DNA from: Campylobacterales bacterium
GTDB taxonomy: Bacteria; Campylobacterota; Campylobacteria; Campylobacterales; UBA6016
NCBI GenBank assembly: GCA_031960985.1
Contig: JAVRLX010000005.1
Span: 1-48,740 of the forward strand
Direction of reading: 5' to 3'
DNA length: 48,740 nucleotides
Numbering within the stretch: position 1 is the first letter of the stretch; every line of letters begins with the position of its first letter. The notes under the pieces are model-generated. The model was not told the DNA's origin and made no database searches. It worked only from the letters and a program-made list of their open reading frames with translations. Positions 19,630-29,108 of the stretch are shown in pieces. The position numbers were made by a program, and so were the translations under genes.

Positions 19630-19873
19630 AAAGCTAGAGCTTGAGTATCCAGTGTCTTGGCAGTATAAGCTAATAGGGATGGATGAGGCCGAGATGCACG
19701 CAAAAACAGTCCACATACTAAAAGAAAAACCGTTTTCACTTACACCATCCAACAAATCTTCATCTGGAAAATTTGTTAGCCTTACATTAGAGGTGATAGT
19801 TTATAGTGAAGATGAGAGGCTCTATATATACGAGGAGCTGCGAAAAGTCGAATGTATCAAGTATATTTTGTAA
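19607..19873 (+). CDS. YbeD/HP0495 (DUF493) family protein
   Basis: [18 protein letters not shown]. Confidence 0.85.
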   Translation: MANILEGKKLELEYPVSWQYKLIGMDEAEMHAKTVHILKEKPFSLTPSNKSSSGKFVSLTLEVIVYSEDERLYIYEELRKVECIKYIL

Positions 19874-19918
19874 AGTGGACGCTGATATAATAGAGATAAT
19901 TTTGTAACAAGGTAGATA

Positions 19919-20626
19919 ATGAAAAAGTTGATTTTGGCACTACTTGCAATAGCCTCGCTTGTATTTGCTAGAGAAAGGGCGGAGCTTACTGTAGTAAGTA
20001 TAGACTCTGACGGCATGGGCGCTCTATTAAAAGGGGACGCCGTACAAAAAGGGGCGACAGGAATAATAGTAACAAACCTAGTTGGCAATAAAGATGCGAT
20101 AGTAGCCTCCGCTTTGGCGCTTAATAGCGGCAACGAGGTAAGGGTAAAATTTCAAGTTATGAGCGATTTGGCTCAAGACGCTCTACCTAGGGCGTTAATT
20201 CTTCCAAAAGTAGGCGACAAAGCGCTATTTTATCTGTTTGACGACAGAGCAACGATAATTGCCAAAAATCAAGCCGATTACCAAAAAGTAGCCTCTATGG
20301 GCGGCAAAACTTGGGTGCATCCGGACTTGTTTGCAGCGCTTTTGGCAAGAGAGAGAAAAGGGGAGCCTGAGGCAAAACACTTTGCCTCTTTTTGCAAAAT
20401 ATATTCTGTTGGCAGTATTTATTTTGCAATAAAAGACAAGCTATACATCACCGATTGCCAAAGCATGGAAGTATTGGAAGAGAGAGCATTTGAATCTGAA
20501 AATTCAAAAGAGTTTGAGTCTCCTTTCTTTAAAAGAACCGGCGAGATTGATACCGGATACCTAGGTATGTTAAAAGAGAGCGTAAAAGACTACGACTCCT
20601 ACTATCTTAATCTTCTCGGACGCTAA
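19919..20626 (+). CDS. Exported plasminogen-binding-protein N-terminal (PgbA-like) domain protein
   Basis: Signal peptide; LAQDALP...PKVGD, IAKN, WVHPDLFAA, FC motifs; upstream of glcD. Confidence 0.7.
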   Translation: MKKLILALLAIASLVFARERAELTVVSIDSDGMGALLKGDAVQKGATGIIVTNLVGNKDAIVASALALNSGNEVRVKFQVMSDLAQDALPRALILPKVGDKALFYLFDDRATIIAKNQADYQKVASMGGKTWVHPDLFAALLARERKGEPEAKHFASFCKIYSVGSIYFAIKDKLYITDCQSMEVLEERAFESENSKEFESPFFKRTGEIDTGYLGMLKESVKDYDSYYLNLLGR

Positions 20627-20627
20627 G

Positions 20628-22010
20628 ATGCTAGACAAAAAACACATATCAGCACTAAAATCGATAGTTGGCGAAGATAACTGCTTTGATGATAAAGCGC
20701 ACCTAATAGCCTACTGCTACGACGCTACAAAAAATCGGTATGAACCATCTGCCGTCGTCTTTCCAAGGGATGAAGAGGATGTAAGCCGCATCCTCAAATA
20801 CTGCAACGATAACAAAATAGCCGTTGTCCCAAGGGGGGCTGGAAGCGGATTTACCGGTGGCGCTTTGCCAGTTACGGGCGGAATAACGCTTGCCTTTGAA
20901 AAGCATATGAATAAAATTTTAGAAATTGATATGCAAAACCTTGTAGCCGTAGTGCAACCTGGGGTTATTAACAAAGAGCTTCAAGAGGCGGTAGAGCGCG
21001 TGGGGCTATTTTATCCGCCAGATCCAGCCAGTCAAGAGTACAGCACCATAGGGGGAAATGTCGCTGAAAACGCAGGTGGCATGAGAGCAGCAAAATACGG
21101 TATTACAAAAGACTATGTGATGGCAATGCGTGCAGTATTGCCAAACGGCGACATCATAAAAGCAGGAAAAAGAACGATAAAAGACGTAGCTGGTTACAAT
21201 CTTTGCGGCATACTCGTAGGAAGCGAAGGGACGCTGGCCGTAACGACGGAAATTACACTCAAACTCATCCCAAAACCAAAATTTACAAAGACTGCGATGG
21301 GGATATTTGATACTGTAGAAAATGCTATGAATGCGGTGTATAAAACTTTTGCGGCAGGGATTACACCGGTAGCGATGGAGTTTTTAGATAATCTCACAAT
21401 AAGGGCTGTCGAAGAGGTGCACAAAAAAGGGCTACCCATAGATGCTGGCGCCATACTTATAACCGATGTGGATGGGAATTTTGAGGCAAACTTGGATAGT
21501 GAGCTAGATGCTTTAGAGGGGGTTTTTAGAGCCAATGGTTGCACGGATTTTGTAAGGGCAAAAGATAGCACAGAGGCTGCAAATTTGTGGTTTGCTAGAA
21601 GAAACGCATCTCAAAGTCTAAAAATTTATGGCAACAAAAAACTAAACGAGGATATTACTGTCCCACGCTCTGCTTTACCTGAGCTACTCACTCAGTATAA
21701 AAAAGTAAGCGAAAAATACGGCTTTAATATTCCGTGTTTTGGTCACACAGGGGATGGCAATGTCCATACGAATGTTATGACCGACAAAGACGATCCACAC
21801 AAATTAGAGATGGCTGAAAAAGCGATAGAGGAGATATTCCAAATCGCTATCGACCTTGGCGGCACGCTCAGCGGCGAGCACGGTATTGGCTTATCCAAAG
21901 CCCCTTTTATGAAGATGGCGTTTACGGATGCCGAGCTTGAACTTTTCCGCTCTATAAAAAAAGCGTTTGATCCAAATAATATTCTAAATCCGGGGAAGAT
22001 GGGGCTATAA
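20628..22010 (+). CDS. glcD: FAD-linked oxidase, glycolate oxidase subunit GlcD
   Basis: PRGAGSG, YPPDPAS, GSEGTL, GDGNVH, SGEHGIG, NPGK. Confidence 0.92.
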   Translation: MLDKKHISALKSIVGEDNCFDDKAHLIAYCYDATKNRYEPSAVVFPRDEEDVSRILKYCNDNKIAVVPRGAGSGFTGGALPVTGGITLAFEKHMNKILEIDMQNLVAVVQPGVINKELQEAVERVGLFYPPDPASQEYSTIGGNVAENAGGMRAAKYGITKDYVMAMRAVLPNGDIIKAGKRTIKDVAGYNLCGILVGSEGTLAVTTEITLKLIPKPKFTKTAMGIFDTVENAMNAVYKTFAAGITPVAMEFLDNLTIRAVEEVHKKGLPIDAGAILITDVDGNFEANLDSELDALEGVFRANGCTDFVRAKDSTEAANLWFARRNASQSLKIYGNKKLNEDITVPRSALPELLTQYKKVSEKYGFNIPCFGHTGDGNVHTNVMTDKDDPHKLEMAEKAIEEIFQIAIDLGGTLSGEHGIGLSKAPFMKMAFTDAELELFRSIKKAFDPNNILNPGKMGL

Positions 22011-22030
22011 AATAAAATAGGGGGCAAACA

Positions 22031-22339
22031 ATGGAGCTTAACACAATAAAACAAGAGGTCCAAAATCTTGCCCCACTAATGCCTACTAAGATAATACTTT
22101 TTGGCTCTCAAGCTTACGGTACGCCAAATGATAATAGTGATATAGATCTCCTTATTGTCAAAAAAACGGTAATTTCAAAAATCAAAGAGTCAAATGAAGC
22201 AAGGCGTGCGCTAAAAAGGTTGCAAATGCCGATAGATGTAATAGTTGTCAGCGAAGAGGAGTTTGATTTTTATAAAGACCACCCCAATACTATTTATGCT
22301 GAAGCAGATAAAAGAGGAATAGTGCTTTATGCCAAATGA
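22031..22339 (+). CDS. Minimal nucleotidyltransferase (MNT) antitoxin
   Basis: FGS-x10-DID motif. Confidence 0.88.
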   Translation: MELNTIKQEVQNLAPLMPTKIILFGSQAYGTPNDNSDIDLLIVKKTVISKIKESNEARRALKRLQMPIDVIVVSEEEFDFYKDHPNTIYAEADKRGIVLYAK

Positions 22340-22727
22340 CTTTTTACTTGTGTATGAAATATATCTTGTAAAAGCAAAACAAGATTTAACGCTTGCCATC
22401 AAAAATATTGACGATAATGAAATAGCGCCTGAAATAATATTTTTTCATCTTCAGCAGGCAGTTGAAAAGATGCTAAAAGCTATTTTGGATTTTAAAGGTG
22501 TAGTATTCAAAAAGACTCATGATTTATTTAAACTCTGTGAGCTTGCTACAAAACACAATATCCCGCTACCTGATTTTGTCGATAAGCTTTGTGAACTCAC
22601 ACCATATGCTATAGAGGCTAGATACTCACTTTTACATGATGATTTGCAAGATGCGCAAGAGTTTTTAGACAAAGCAAAAATGTTTTTGGAATTTGTTGAA
22701 AATTTGATAGCAACTAAACCCCAATAA
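22329..22727 (+). CDS. HEPN domain protein (MNT partner)
   Basis: FHLQQAVEKMLKA, KTHDL, EARY; overlaps the MNT gene. Confidence 0.88.
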   Translation: MPNDFLLVYEIYLVKAKQDLTLAIKNIDDNEIAPEIIFFHLQQAVEKMLKAILDFKGVVFKKTHDLFKLCELATKHNIPLPDFVDKLCELTPYAIEARYSLLHDDLQDAQEFLDKAKMFLEFVENLIATKPQ

Positions 22728-23997
22728 CCCTATAAAACTCTAAAGCCTCTTTATTTGCCTTGATATCCCTCTCATTTAGATTGCGAGCGAGTCTCAACCC
22801 CTCTACTCTGCGGCAACGAGATAGCGCAACATATGTTTGTCCATCTGAAAATGCGCCGTTTCCTAGGTCTATTATCGCAGATTCTAGCGTCATCCCTTGC
22901 GATTTGTGTATCGTGACCGCCCAACCTAGGCTTACTGGAAACTGCTCGAAGCTGCCTACCACCTCTTTATCAATTTTTTTCGTTTTTTCATCGTAGGTGT
23001 AAGCATATCTCTCCCAGCTCATCCGCCCAACTTCTAGCGCTTCGCCACTTATGTCGCTTCGTACCATTATTGTGTCGCTTCCCATTGAGATTACTACGCC
23101 GGTGTCTCCGTTTATCCATCCTTTTGGCCTGTTGTTTCTTAGGAAGACGACTTTTGCGCCCACTTTTAGCTCCAACCTCTCAGGCGCTGATAGCCGCCAT
23201 CTATCGGCTGGCGTGTCGCCTGTGACATTGGCTATAAAACTCTTTGTTTCGCCGGGTAGCTCTGCCAATCTCCTTGCGTTAATAGAATGAGCGGCGGCAT
23301 TGGTAGCCACAAGCCACATTGGATTATTTAAATCGGCATGGGATTTGAGGCAGTTAGAGTTGAAGTATTTTAGCGCCGCCGTCATATTGACCCCCTCTCT
23401 CACCCATCCCAGAGCCTCAATAAACCTCGCATCTGCTTGACGGCGAACCCTTGTCAAATGCACCGGGATAATATCTATCTCGTCAAACACATCGGCGGAG
23501 TAAAAAAACTGCGTCTCATACCTCTCTTTAAAATATTGCCTCTCTTCGTGTGTAGATATAACTGGCGGCAACTGCAAAAGGTCTCCAACAAACACAACCG
23601 ATACCCCGCCAAATGGCTCATCTTTTTTGCGGGCGCGGCGAAGCATCACATCCATTGCATCTACTATATTTGGCGTCACCATCGACGCTTCATCTATAAT
23701 TAGAGTGTGCATCTGCTGTGCTACCGCTTTTGATTTTGAATTTAGGTGGAGCTTTTCGCCGGGGTCTATGTGGCGGGCAGGTAAACCGAAAAAAGAGTGT
23801 ATTGTATCCCCTCCTGCATTGATAGCGGCGGCGGCGGTCGGAGCCAGTATTACGGAGTCTTTTATGGCTGAGGTAAGATAGCGAATCATCGTGGATTTTC
23901 CAGTGCCCGCCTTGCCTGTTACAAAAACCACCGAACCGCCTATAACGGCTAGCTCCAAAGCTTTTTTATACTCAGGTATTATCTCTATCTCGTCCAA
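22714..23997 (-). CDS. Pif1/RecD-like SF1B DNA helicase
   Basis: GKAGTGKS, APT, IIDEASM, GDLLQLPPV, RRQ, WAVTIHKSQGMT, GQTYVALSR. Confidence 0.93.
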   Translation of the reverse strand: MDEIEIIPEYKKALELAVIGGSVVFVTGKAGTGKSTMIRYLTSAIKDSVILAPTAAAAINAGGDTIHSFFGLPARHIDPGEKLHLNSKSKAVAQQMHTLIIDEASMVTPNIVDAMDVMLRRARKKDEPFGGVSVVFVGDLLQLPPVISTHEERQYFKERYETQFFYSADVFDEIDIIPVHLTRVRRQADARFIEALGWVREGVNMTAALKYFNSNCLKSHADLNNPMWLVATNAAAHSINARRLAELPGETKSFIANVTGDTPADRWRLSAPERLELKVGAKVVFLRNNRPKGWINGDTGVVISMGSDTIMVRSDISGEALEVGRMSWERYAYTYDEKTKKIDKEVVGSFEQFPVSLGWAVTIHKSQGMTLESAIIDLGNGAFSDGQTYVALSRCRRVEGLRLARNLNERDIKANKEALEFYRVIGV

Positions 23998-24091
23998 CGC
24001 CAGCCGCCCCTGTTTTTAAACCAATTATACGCAATATTTGCTACAACGCAAGGCCATAGCTTTACATTTTTATATTTGAAAATATTGTCGA

Positions 24092-24207
24092 TTGATATTG
24101 CGCACAAATGTGAACAAAACAAGCGAAGCGCTCGGTGCAACCGATGTTTCCTTGAAAGCCTGTATTCGCGACTTAGGACTTTATGCGTTTTCGGTGCGTA
24201 AAGTTAG
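24092..24207 (-). mobile_element. MITE-like repeat, diverged copy 3
   Basis: Reverse complement runs ctaactttacgcac...gtgcgcaatatcaa; inner module nearly identical to copy 1; no intact TSD. Confidence 0.8.
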
Positions 24208-24440
24208 TAAATCGGTTCATTATGACAGTAGTCGCAGAGAAACTATCAGCTTTTAAGAGTGTTGATATTATAAAATGAAGGTAATAGGGTTGATCAGATA
24301 AACAATTACAATTCAACACCCTGCCTCCTATGTAATAATTTGTTATACTTAATTATTTTAATAATTAATTAAGTAAAAAATATTAGAATAAAAAAACTAA
24401 ATTTTACATTTAGTTATTTTTTATCTTAAGGAGTTTAATT

Positions 24441-25121
24441 ATGGTCAAAAGAATAGTTTTAGCGGGATTTCTTGCAGTAAGCTGCGCAAATGCTGGAATG
24501 TTTGATAGTGTTGCCGGTGCCGTAATGGGAGGAGGAAGTTCTAGCGCCGCTAGTGTTTCAGAATCTGATATAAAAGGTGTTATTTCATCTTTTCAAGATG
24601 CAGAAAAAGCTCTTTCTAGCTCAATTGAGCTAATCAATAAAGCGCTTGGGGATAAGCAAGCGATAGCCAAGCTGGAAGAAGAAAAGAAAACAATCTTGGC
24701 AATGCCTGATGGCGCCGAAAAAGACGCAAAAATGAAAGAGCTTGAAAAATCAGCTGAGGCCGAAGCAGCTAAAATTCTTAAAAGTAAAGAAGCGGCCAAT
24801 AAAGCAGCAAAACTATCTAGCGAACAAAAACAAAAAATAGCTGTCGCAGGCTACAATATTTTACTAGCTGCATTAAAAGACAAAGATGCTCTTGCCAAAG
24901 CAAAAAACCTTGTCTCTTCAGTATCGGCAAATCCTACAATGGCTGTTAAGTTTGCTGGCGACCTTCCAAAATTAAAAGATATAGTAGCAACGGCGCCATC
25001 TCAAATAGAAAGTCTCGCAACGATAAGTTCTGGCTTTATGAGCCTTGCAAAAACGGCAAAAATCTCCGTAACACAGCCAGCATCGAGCAATGAACCATTT
25101 AAACCTGTGGACAATATCTAA
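24441..25121 (+). CDS. Exported Ala/Lys-rich, probably all-alpha hypothetical protein
   Basis: AAGGAG RBS, Sec signal (ANA cleavage site), amphipathic helices. Confidence 0.85.
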   Translation: MVKRIVLAGFLAVSCANAGMFDSVAGAVMGGGSSSAASVSESDIKGVISSFQDAEKALSSSIELINKALGDKQAIAKLEEEKKTILAMPDGAEKDAKMKELEKSAEAEAAKILKSKEAANKAAKLSSEQKQKIAVAGYNILLAALKDKDALAKAKNLVSSVSANPTMAVKFAGDLPKLKDIVATAPSQIESLATISSGFMSLAKTAKISVTQPASSNEPFKPVDNI

Positions 25122-25132
25122 TTCTCATAAAT

Positions 25133-25150
25133 GCCGCCGCAAGGCGGTTT
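25133..25150 (+). terminator. GC-rich hairpin with GCAA tetraloop (terminator or stabiliser)
   Basis: gccgcc-gcaa-ggcggt followed by a short T run, right after the 24441-25121 stop. Confidence 0.6.
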
Positions 25151-25174
25151 AAAAGTTTTAATGAAAGGCGAATA

Positions 25175-26872
25175 ATGATAAGTAAAAAAATTTTAAGTGT
25201 TGCGCTATGTGCGGCTTTACTTGCACCTACATCAATGTTTGCGGCAAATTTCAATCAACAAGTTATTGGAAAAGGGGATGCTATCATAGAGGGCGATACT
25301 GTAACAGTACAAAACAAGGCTCTTGAAAAAGCTAAAAAGAATGCGGTACTTACCGCTATAAATGGATTACTTGGTGTGCAGATAAGTGAAAATGACGAGC
25401 AATTTGCCGCAAAAATTAACGAGATAATAAATCAATTTACAAAATTTGCTGAGATTCAGAAAAAAACACTGTCAAGAGAAGATGGAAATCTCAAGATGGA
25501 GCTTGTCGTAAATATTGATGAAGTAGTTTTTCGCTCTGTACTAAAAGATTATGGAATTGGGCTAAATCAAAAAGCAAGAGAGATTGGCTCCATAGTGGTA
25601 TTTTTTGATGAAAGTGAAAAACCATATGACAGTCCAAAAGATATGTATAATGAATACATAGAGTACAAACGAGATAATTCGCAATATTCAAAAAGCGCCA
25701 GCGCCTCAAGCTCTGCTAGCTCATCGGCTTTAAGCATCCAGGATAAAGAAAGTGCATCATATTCTGATAAAAGAGCTGTTGCGGCTAGATCATCATCAGA
25801 GGCATCATATAGCGGTAGACAAGGCTTTAGTGGACATGAAAGCGGCGCTGTAAGCGTTGGTGGAGACTATGCGGCCGGCTCAAGAAGCGTAAGTGGTTCA
25901 AGTTCAGTCAATGCTCATGCAAAAGACTCAGCAAGTTATGCGGCTAGCTCTGATACAAAAGCGGCCTATTCTAAAGATTTAGATCTTAAAAGTGCAAAAT
26001 CATCCTCAAAGAGTTCATTCAAAAGCTCAAGTTCAACACAAATGGACAAAGAAAGCTTTATTTATAAGAAAGAGTATAAAGAGATAAAAGAGGCGCCTAT
26101 AAATTCAAACTATGCCAAATCAGAACTTCAAAACAACCTAAAGCAATACGGTTTGGAATTTGTGGAGGCTCCAGGAATATTGGCTGAATTTAATAAATTT
26201 AATAAGGGCAATAAAAAACCGTACAAATCATATACAGAGGTTTTAAACAGCGCTGATTCTACAAAGTTTAGAGATTTTGTCAGGAATAAAACAAAAGCCG
26301 ATTATATGGGGGTAGCGTACTCTCAAATTAATTATTCTTTGAAGCAAGATGAGACAACCGGAAAATATATCTGTACAACAACGCAAAGCAATGTAAATAT
26401 CTTTTCACTGAAAGATTCTAAATCACTCGATAGTGGCTCACTGGAGGCAATAAAACAAGCTGCAACCTCTATAGAAGATTGCAAAAGTAATGCTAGATTA
26501 GATATGGCAAAAATTTTAGGACAAACAATAGGCTTGGCCTTACAAAAAACCGTTCGAGACGCAACGAGGAGTTTTGCATCTGGCTTTACTACATACAAGG
26601 TAGTGCTTCAAGGGAGCTTTGACAGGCAAACGAGAACTGGATTTCAAAAAATGCTTGATACTCTAAAAAACCAAGTTAAAGGCTATAAACTTGTAAGTCA
26701 AGACGAAAAGGGAATTGTTTACGAAATAACTTACAGTGGAAATAAAGAGATTGGCGATTTCTTGTTGGATTCTGCCACATCGCCTGAACATGCAAATCTA
26801 AAACCAGTTTTTGATAAATATGATATGAAAAAAGAAGGACAAAATTTGGTTGTTCTTTACCCTGTAAAATAA
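25175..26872 (+). CDS. Exported FlgT-N-like / CsgG-fold-like protein with long Ser-rich insert
   Basis: Signal peptide; GKGDAII...KALEKAKKNAV resembles FlgT-N/LPP20; alpha/beta core interrupted by residues ~158-301. Confidence 0.65.
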   Translation: MISKKILSVALCAALLAPTSMFAANFNQQVIGKGDAIIEGDTVTVQNKALEKAKKNAVLTAINGLLGVQISENDEQFAAKINEIINQFTKFAEIQKKTLSREDGNLKMELVVNIDEVVFRSVLKDYGIGLNQKAREIGSIVVFFDESEKPYDSPKDMYNEYIEYKRDNSQYSKSASASSSASSSALSIQDKESASYSDKRAVAARSSSEASYSGRQGFSGHESGAVSVGGDYAAGSRSVSGSSSVNAHAKDSASYAASSDTKAAYSKDLDLKSAKSSSKSSFKSSSSTQMDKESFIYKKEYKEIKEAPINSNYAKSELQNNLKQYGLEFVEAPGILAEFNKFNKGNKKPYKSYTEVLNSADSTKFRDFVRNKTKADYMGVAYSQINYSLKQDETTGKYICTTTQSNVNIFSLKDSKSLDSGSLEAIKQAATSIEDCKSNARLDMAKILGQTIGLALQKTVRDATRSFASGFTTYKVVLQGSFDRQTRTGFQKMLDTLKNQVKGYKLVSQDEKGIVYEITYSGNKEIGDFLLDSATSPEHANLKPVFDKYDMKKEGQNLVVLYPVK

Positions 26873-26882
26873 GGTCGTATTT

Positions 26883-28859
26883 ATGAAAAAATTATTATTT
26901 TTTGCATTAATAACTTTTGGTTGTATAGCGTATGCAGCAGATAATGACTTTGAAATTTGGCTTTCAGATGCTGTAGTGACTGGAGAGTCAGTAGAGTTAA
27001 ATAAGGAATTTATGCAGGCAGCTGGAGACAAAAAAGAAAAATTAAGGGAGAGCTTTAAAAGATCTTTTAAAGCCTCTTTTTCTAATGCGGTAGACAAAAT
27101 AGACCCCAAAAAAAGGCGTTCTACTGCCGCTGCCTTTTTGTCTATTGTTAGAGCATCAAAATATGATGTAAATATGGAAGGCTCTAATGTAGTTCTCTAT
27201 ACACTTCCAGTTACAGCTACCATCAACTTTGTCAATATCTCAACTGGTGAACTTTTATATTCGCAAACTTACACGCATATAGGCTCAATTGAGGTGGCAA
27301 AAAATGAAGCAAATATAGAGTCTAAAATTATAAAAAACTATTATGTAACAACTAAAGAGCTTATAGATGAGTTGGCAAAAACAGCAAGTAAAAAGTTTGT
27401 ACCAAAAAAATTACAAACAAAAATTATAGGTATAGAGCATGGAGTTATTGTACTTGATCAAGGAAGTTCTAATGGTGTTGTCGAAGGCGATAGTTTAGAT
27501 GGTGATAACGGAGAAATAATAAATGTCATCTACGCTTCCCAAGATTATGCTATTGCCAAAGAAGAGCTTGGAAAAGCTAAAATCGGTAGCACATATACAA
27601 AAACATATAGCCAATCATTAGAAGATATTAAAAAGCCAAAAATTACATTACTAGATATACAATACAACGATAAAATCTTACCAGTGCCAGAAGAAATGAT
27701 GTATCAATTTTTTGCAGACAAACTATCACAAAAAGGCTCTTTTACACTTCTCTCGATAAACAAAAATTTTTACACTGCAATTAACGCATTGCAAAACTCT
27801 GCGAACTTGGGGATAAGATTTGGAAAAAGAAATACACCTGATTATTTTATGCGTCTTTATATAAACGGGCCATATTTTTATGATATACCAACCAATGTTG
27901 ATTATGCAAAACAACGGATATATCAAGCTACGGTTTGCGGCGAAATCGTTGATAGCTCGGCGCGCGTTTTAGGCTCTGAGTGTCAAAATGAAAAAATAGA
28001 AGATGAAATTAAATTTGGCAAAGCGTACTCAAAAGAAGCTAGATTTCAAGTTTTATCCAAAAATGCGATAGGTACGCTCGCTGAAAAACTATCTGCAAAA
28101 ATATCTTTTGAACCGATTTCATATAAAGTAATTTCTGTCAAAGATGACAAAATAGAGATAGAAGATGACAAACATCTTCTAAGCGAAGGAGCCAATATAA
28201 CCGTATTTAAAAATCTCGGCAATATTGGCGGCGAAAAAGATGTTTTTGCCCCAATCATGGAAGCCGTAGTTGAATCAAAAAATGGAGATAAAGTACTTGC
28301 CAAAGAGATTATCAAAACTTTTAATGAGGCGCCAAGTGTTAAAAAAGGTGATATGATATTTGAAAGTGTTATAAAAACGACAAGCGATACATCCAAACTC
28401 TTTAGTATATGTGCTACTGAGTCAAATTCTGGAGGTGAAAAAATAGAAGGATTTGAGGAAGTTTCTAAATTTCTAATATCGCAATATTTAAAATACCCTT
28501 TTTATGACGCTATCGGATTACAATCAGTCATAGACACAAAAATTAGCGATACGGAATTTGAAAAAGTACCAAAAATAACTGCGCCAAAGACTACCTACTG
28601 TTTGAATCCAGTCTATAGATATACAAAAATTTCAGAAAATATCTCAACAGAACACAAAGGCTACAAGGAAATTACATATAATGCAATTGCAGGTGTTAAA
28701 GAGTTTGCTGGTTCGGAGCTAAAAAGCAAGTTTGCCCTTGGTGGCAAAATCACAGAATACGCTCCATCCGCTTTTGCGCCAGAATATATGCACTTAAAAC
28801 TTCTAGAGTCTAGTATAGGTAATTTTGAAAAATCAATGCAGAAACTAGAAATCAAATAG
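26883..28859 (+). CDS. Exported multidomain protein with repeated CsgG/TolB-N-like and FlgT-C-like domains
   Basis: Signal peptide; VTATINFVNISTGELLYS; IIGIEHGVIVLDQGSSNGVVEGD and a second unit VISVKDDKIEI...VKKGDMI. Confidence 0.65.
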   Translation: MKKLLFFALITFGCIAYAADNDFEIWLSDAVVTGESVELNKEFMQAAGDKKEKLRESFKRSFKASFSNAVDKIDPKKRRSTAAAFLSIVRASKYDVNMEGSNVVLYTLPVTATINFVNISTGELLYSQTYTHIGSIEVAKNEANIESKIIKNYYVTTKELIDELAKTASKKFVPKKLQTKIIGIEHGVIVLDQGSSNGVVEGDSLDGDNGEIINVIYASQDYAIAKEELGKAKIGSTYTKTYSQSLEDIKKPKITLLDIQYNDKILPVPEEMMYQFFADKLSQKGSFTLLSINKNFYTAINALQNSANLGIRFGKRNTPDYFMRLYINGPYFYDIPTNVDYAKQRIYQATVCGEIVDSSARVLGSECQNEKIEDEIKFGKAYSKEARFQVLSKNAIGTLAEKLSAKISFEPISYKVISVKDDKIEIEDDKHLLSEGANITVFKNLGNIGGEKDVFAPIMEAVVESKNGDKVLAKEIIKTFNEAPSVKKGDMIFESVIKTTSDTSKLFSICATESNSGGEKIEGFEEVSKFLISQYLKYPFYDAIGLQSVIDTKISDTEFEKVPKITAPKTTYCLNPVYRYTKISENISTEHKGYKEITYNAIAGVKEFAGSELKSKFALGGKITEYAPSAFAPEYMHLKLLESSIGNFEKSMQKLEIK

Positions 28860-28868
28860 AGGGTTAAA

Positions 28869-29108
28869 ATGGAAAATTCTTCAAAAAATATAACGGTAAT
28901 TTTAACTACTATCGTATTTTTATGCTTGCTAAACCTCGGTGCAACTGGATACCTGATAAAAATTTTTACTGATGAAAGAAATGTACCAAAAGTAGAGAAA
29001 ATCGAATGTAATGAAAAAGATAAGGATGAGCTTAGCAAAAAACTCGACAGATTTTTTGAAAAACAAGACGAAGAGATGAAAAAATTGTTTGAGGAGAAAA
29101 CACATTGA
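28869..29108 (+). CDS. Small single-pass membrane protein with charged C-terminal helix
   Basis: One TM segment; GAGG RBS; co-oriented with the cluster. Confidence 0.7.
   Translation: MENSSKNITVILTTIVFLCLLNLGATGYLIKIFTDERNVPKVEKIECNEKDKDELSKKLDRFFEKQDEEMKKLFEEKTH

Noticed and set aside
25646-26077. Curlin repeats or a simple Ser linker
   Set aside because: No Q-x-G-x-x-N curlin periodicity; the parity and mirror symmetry of hydrophobics argue against a random linker, though disorder is not excluded.
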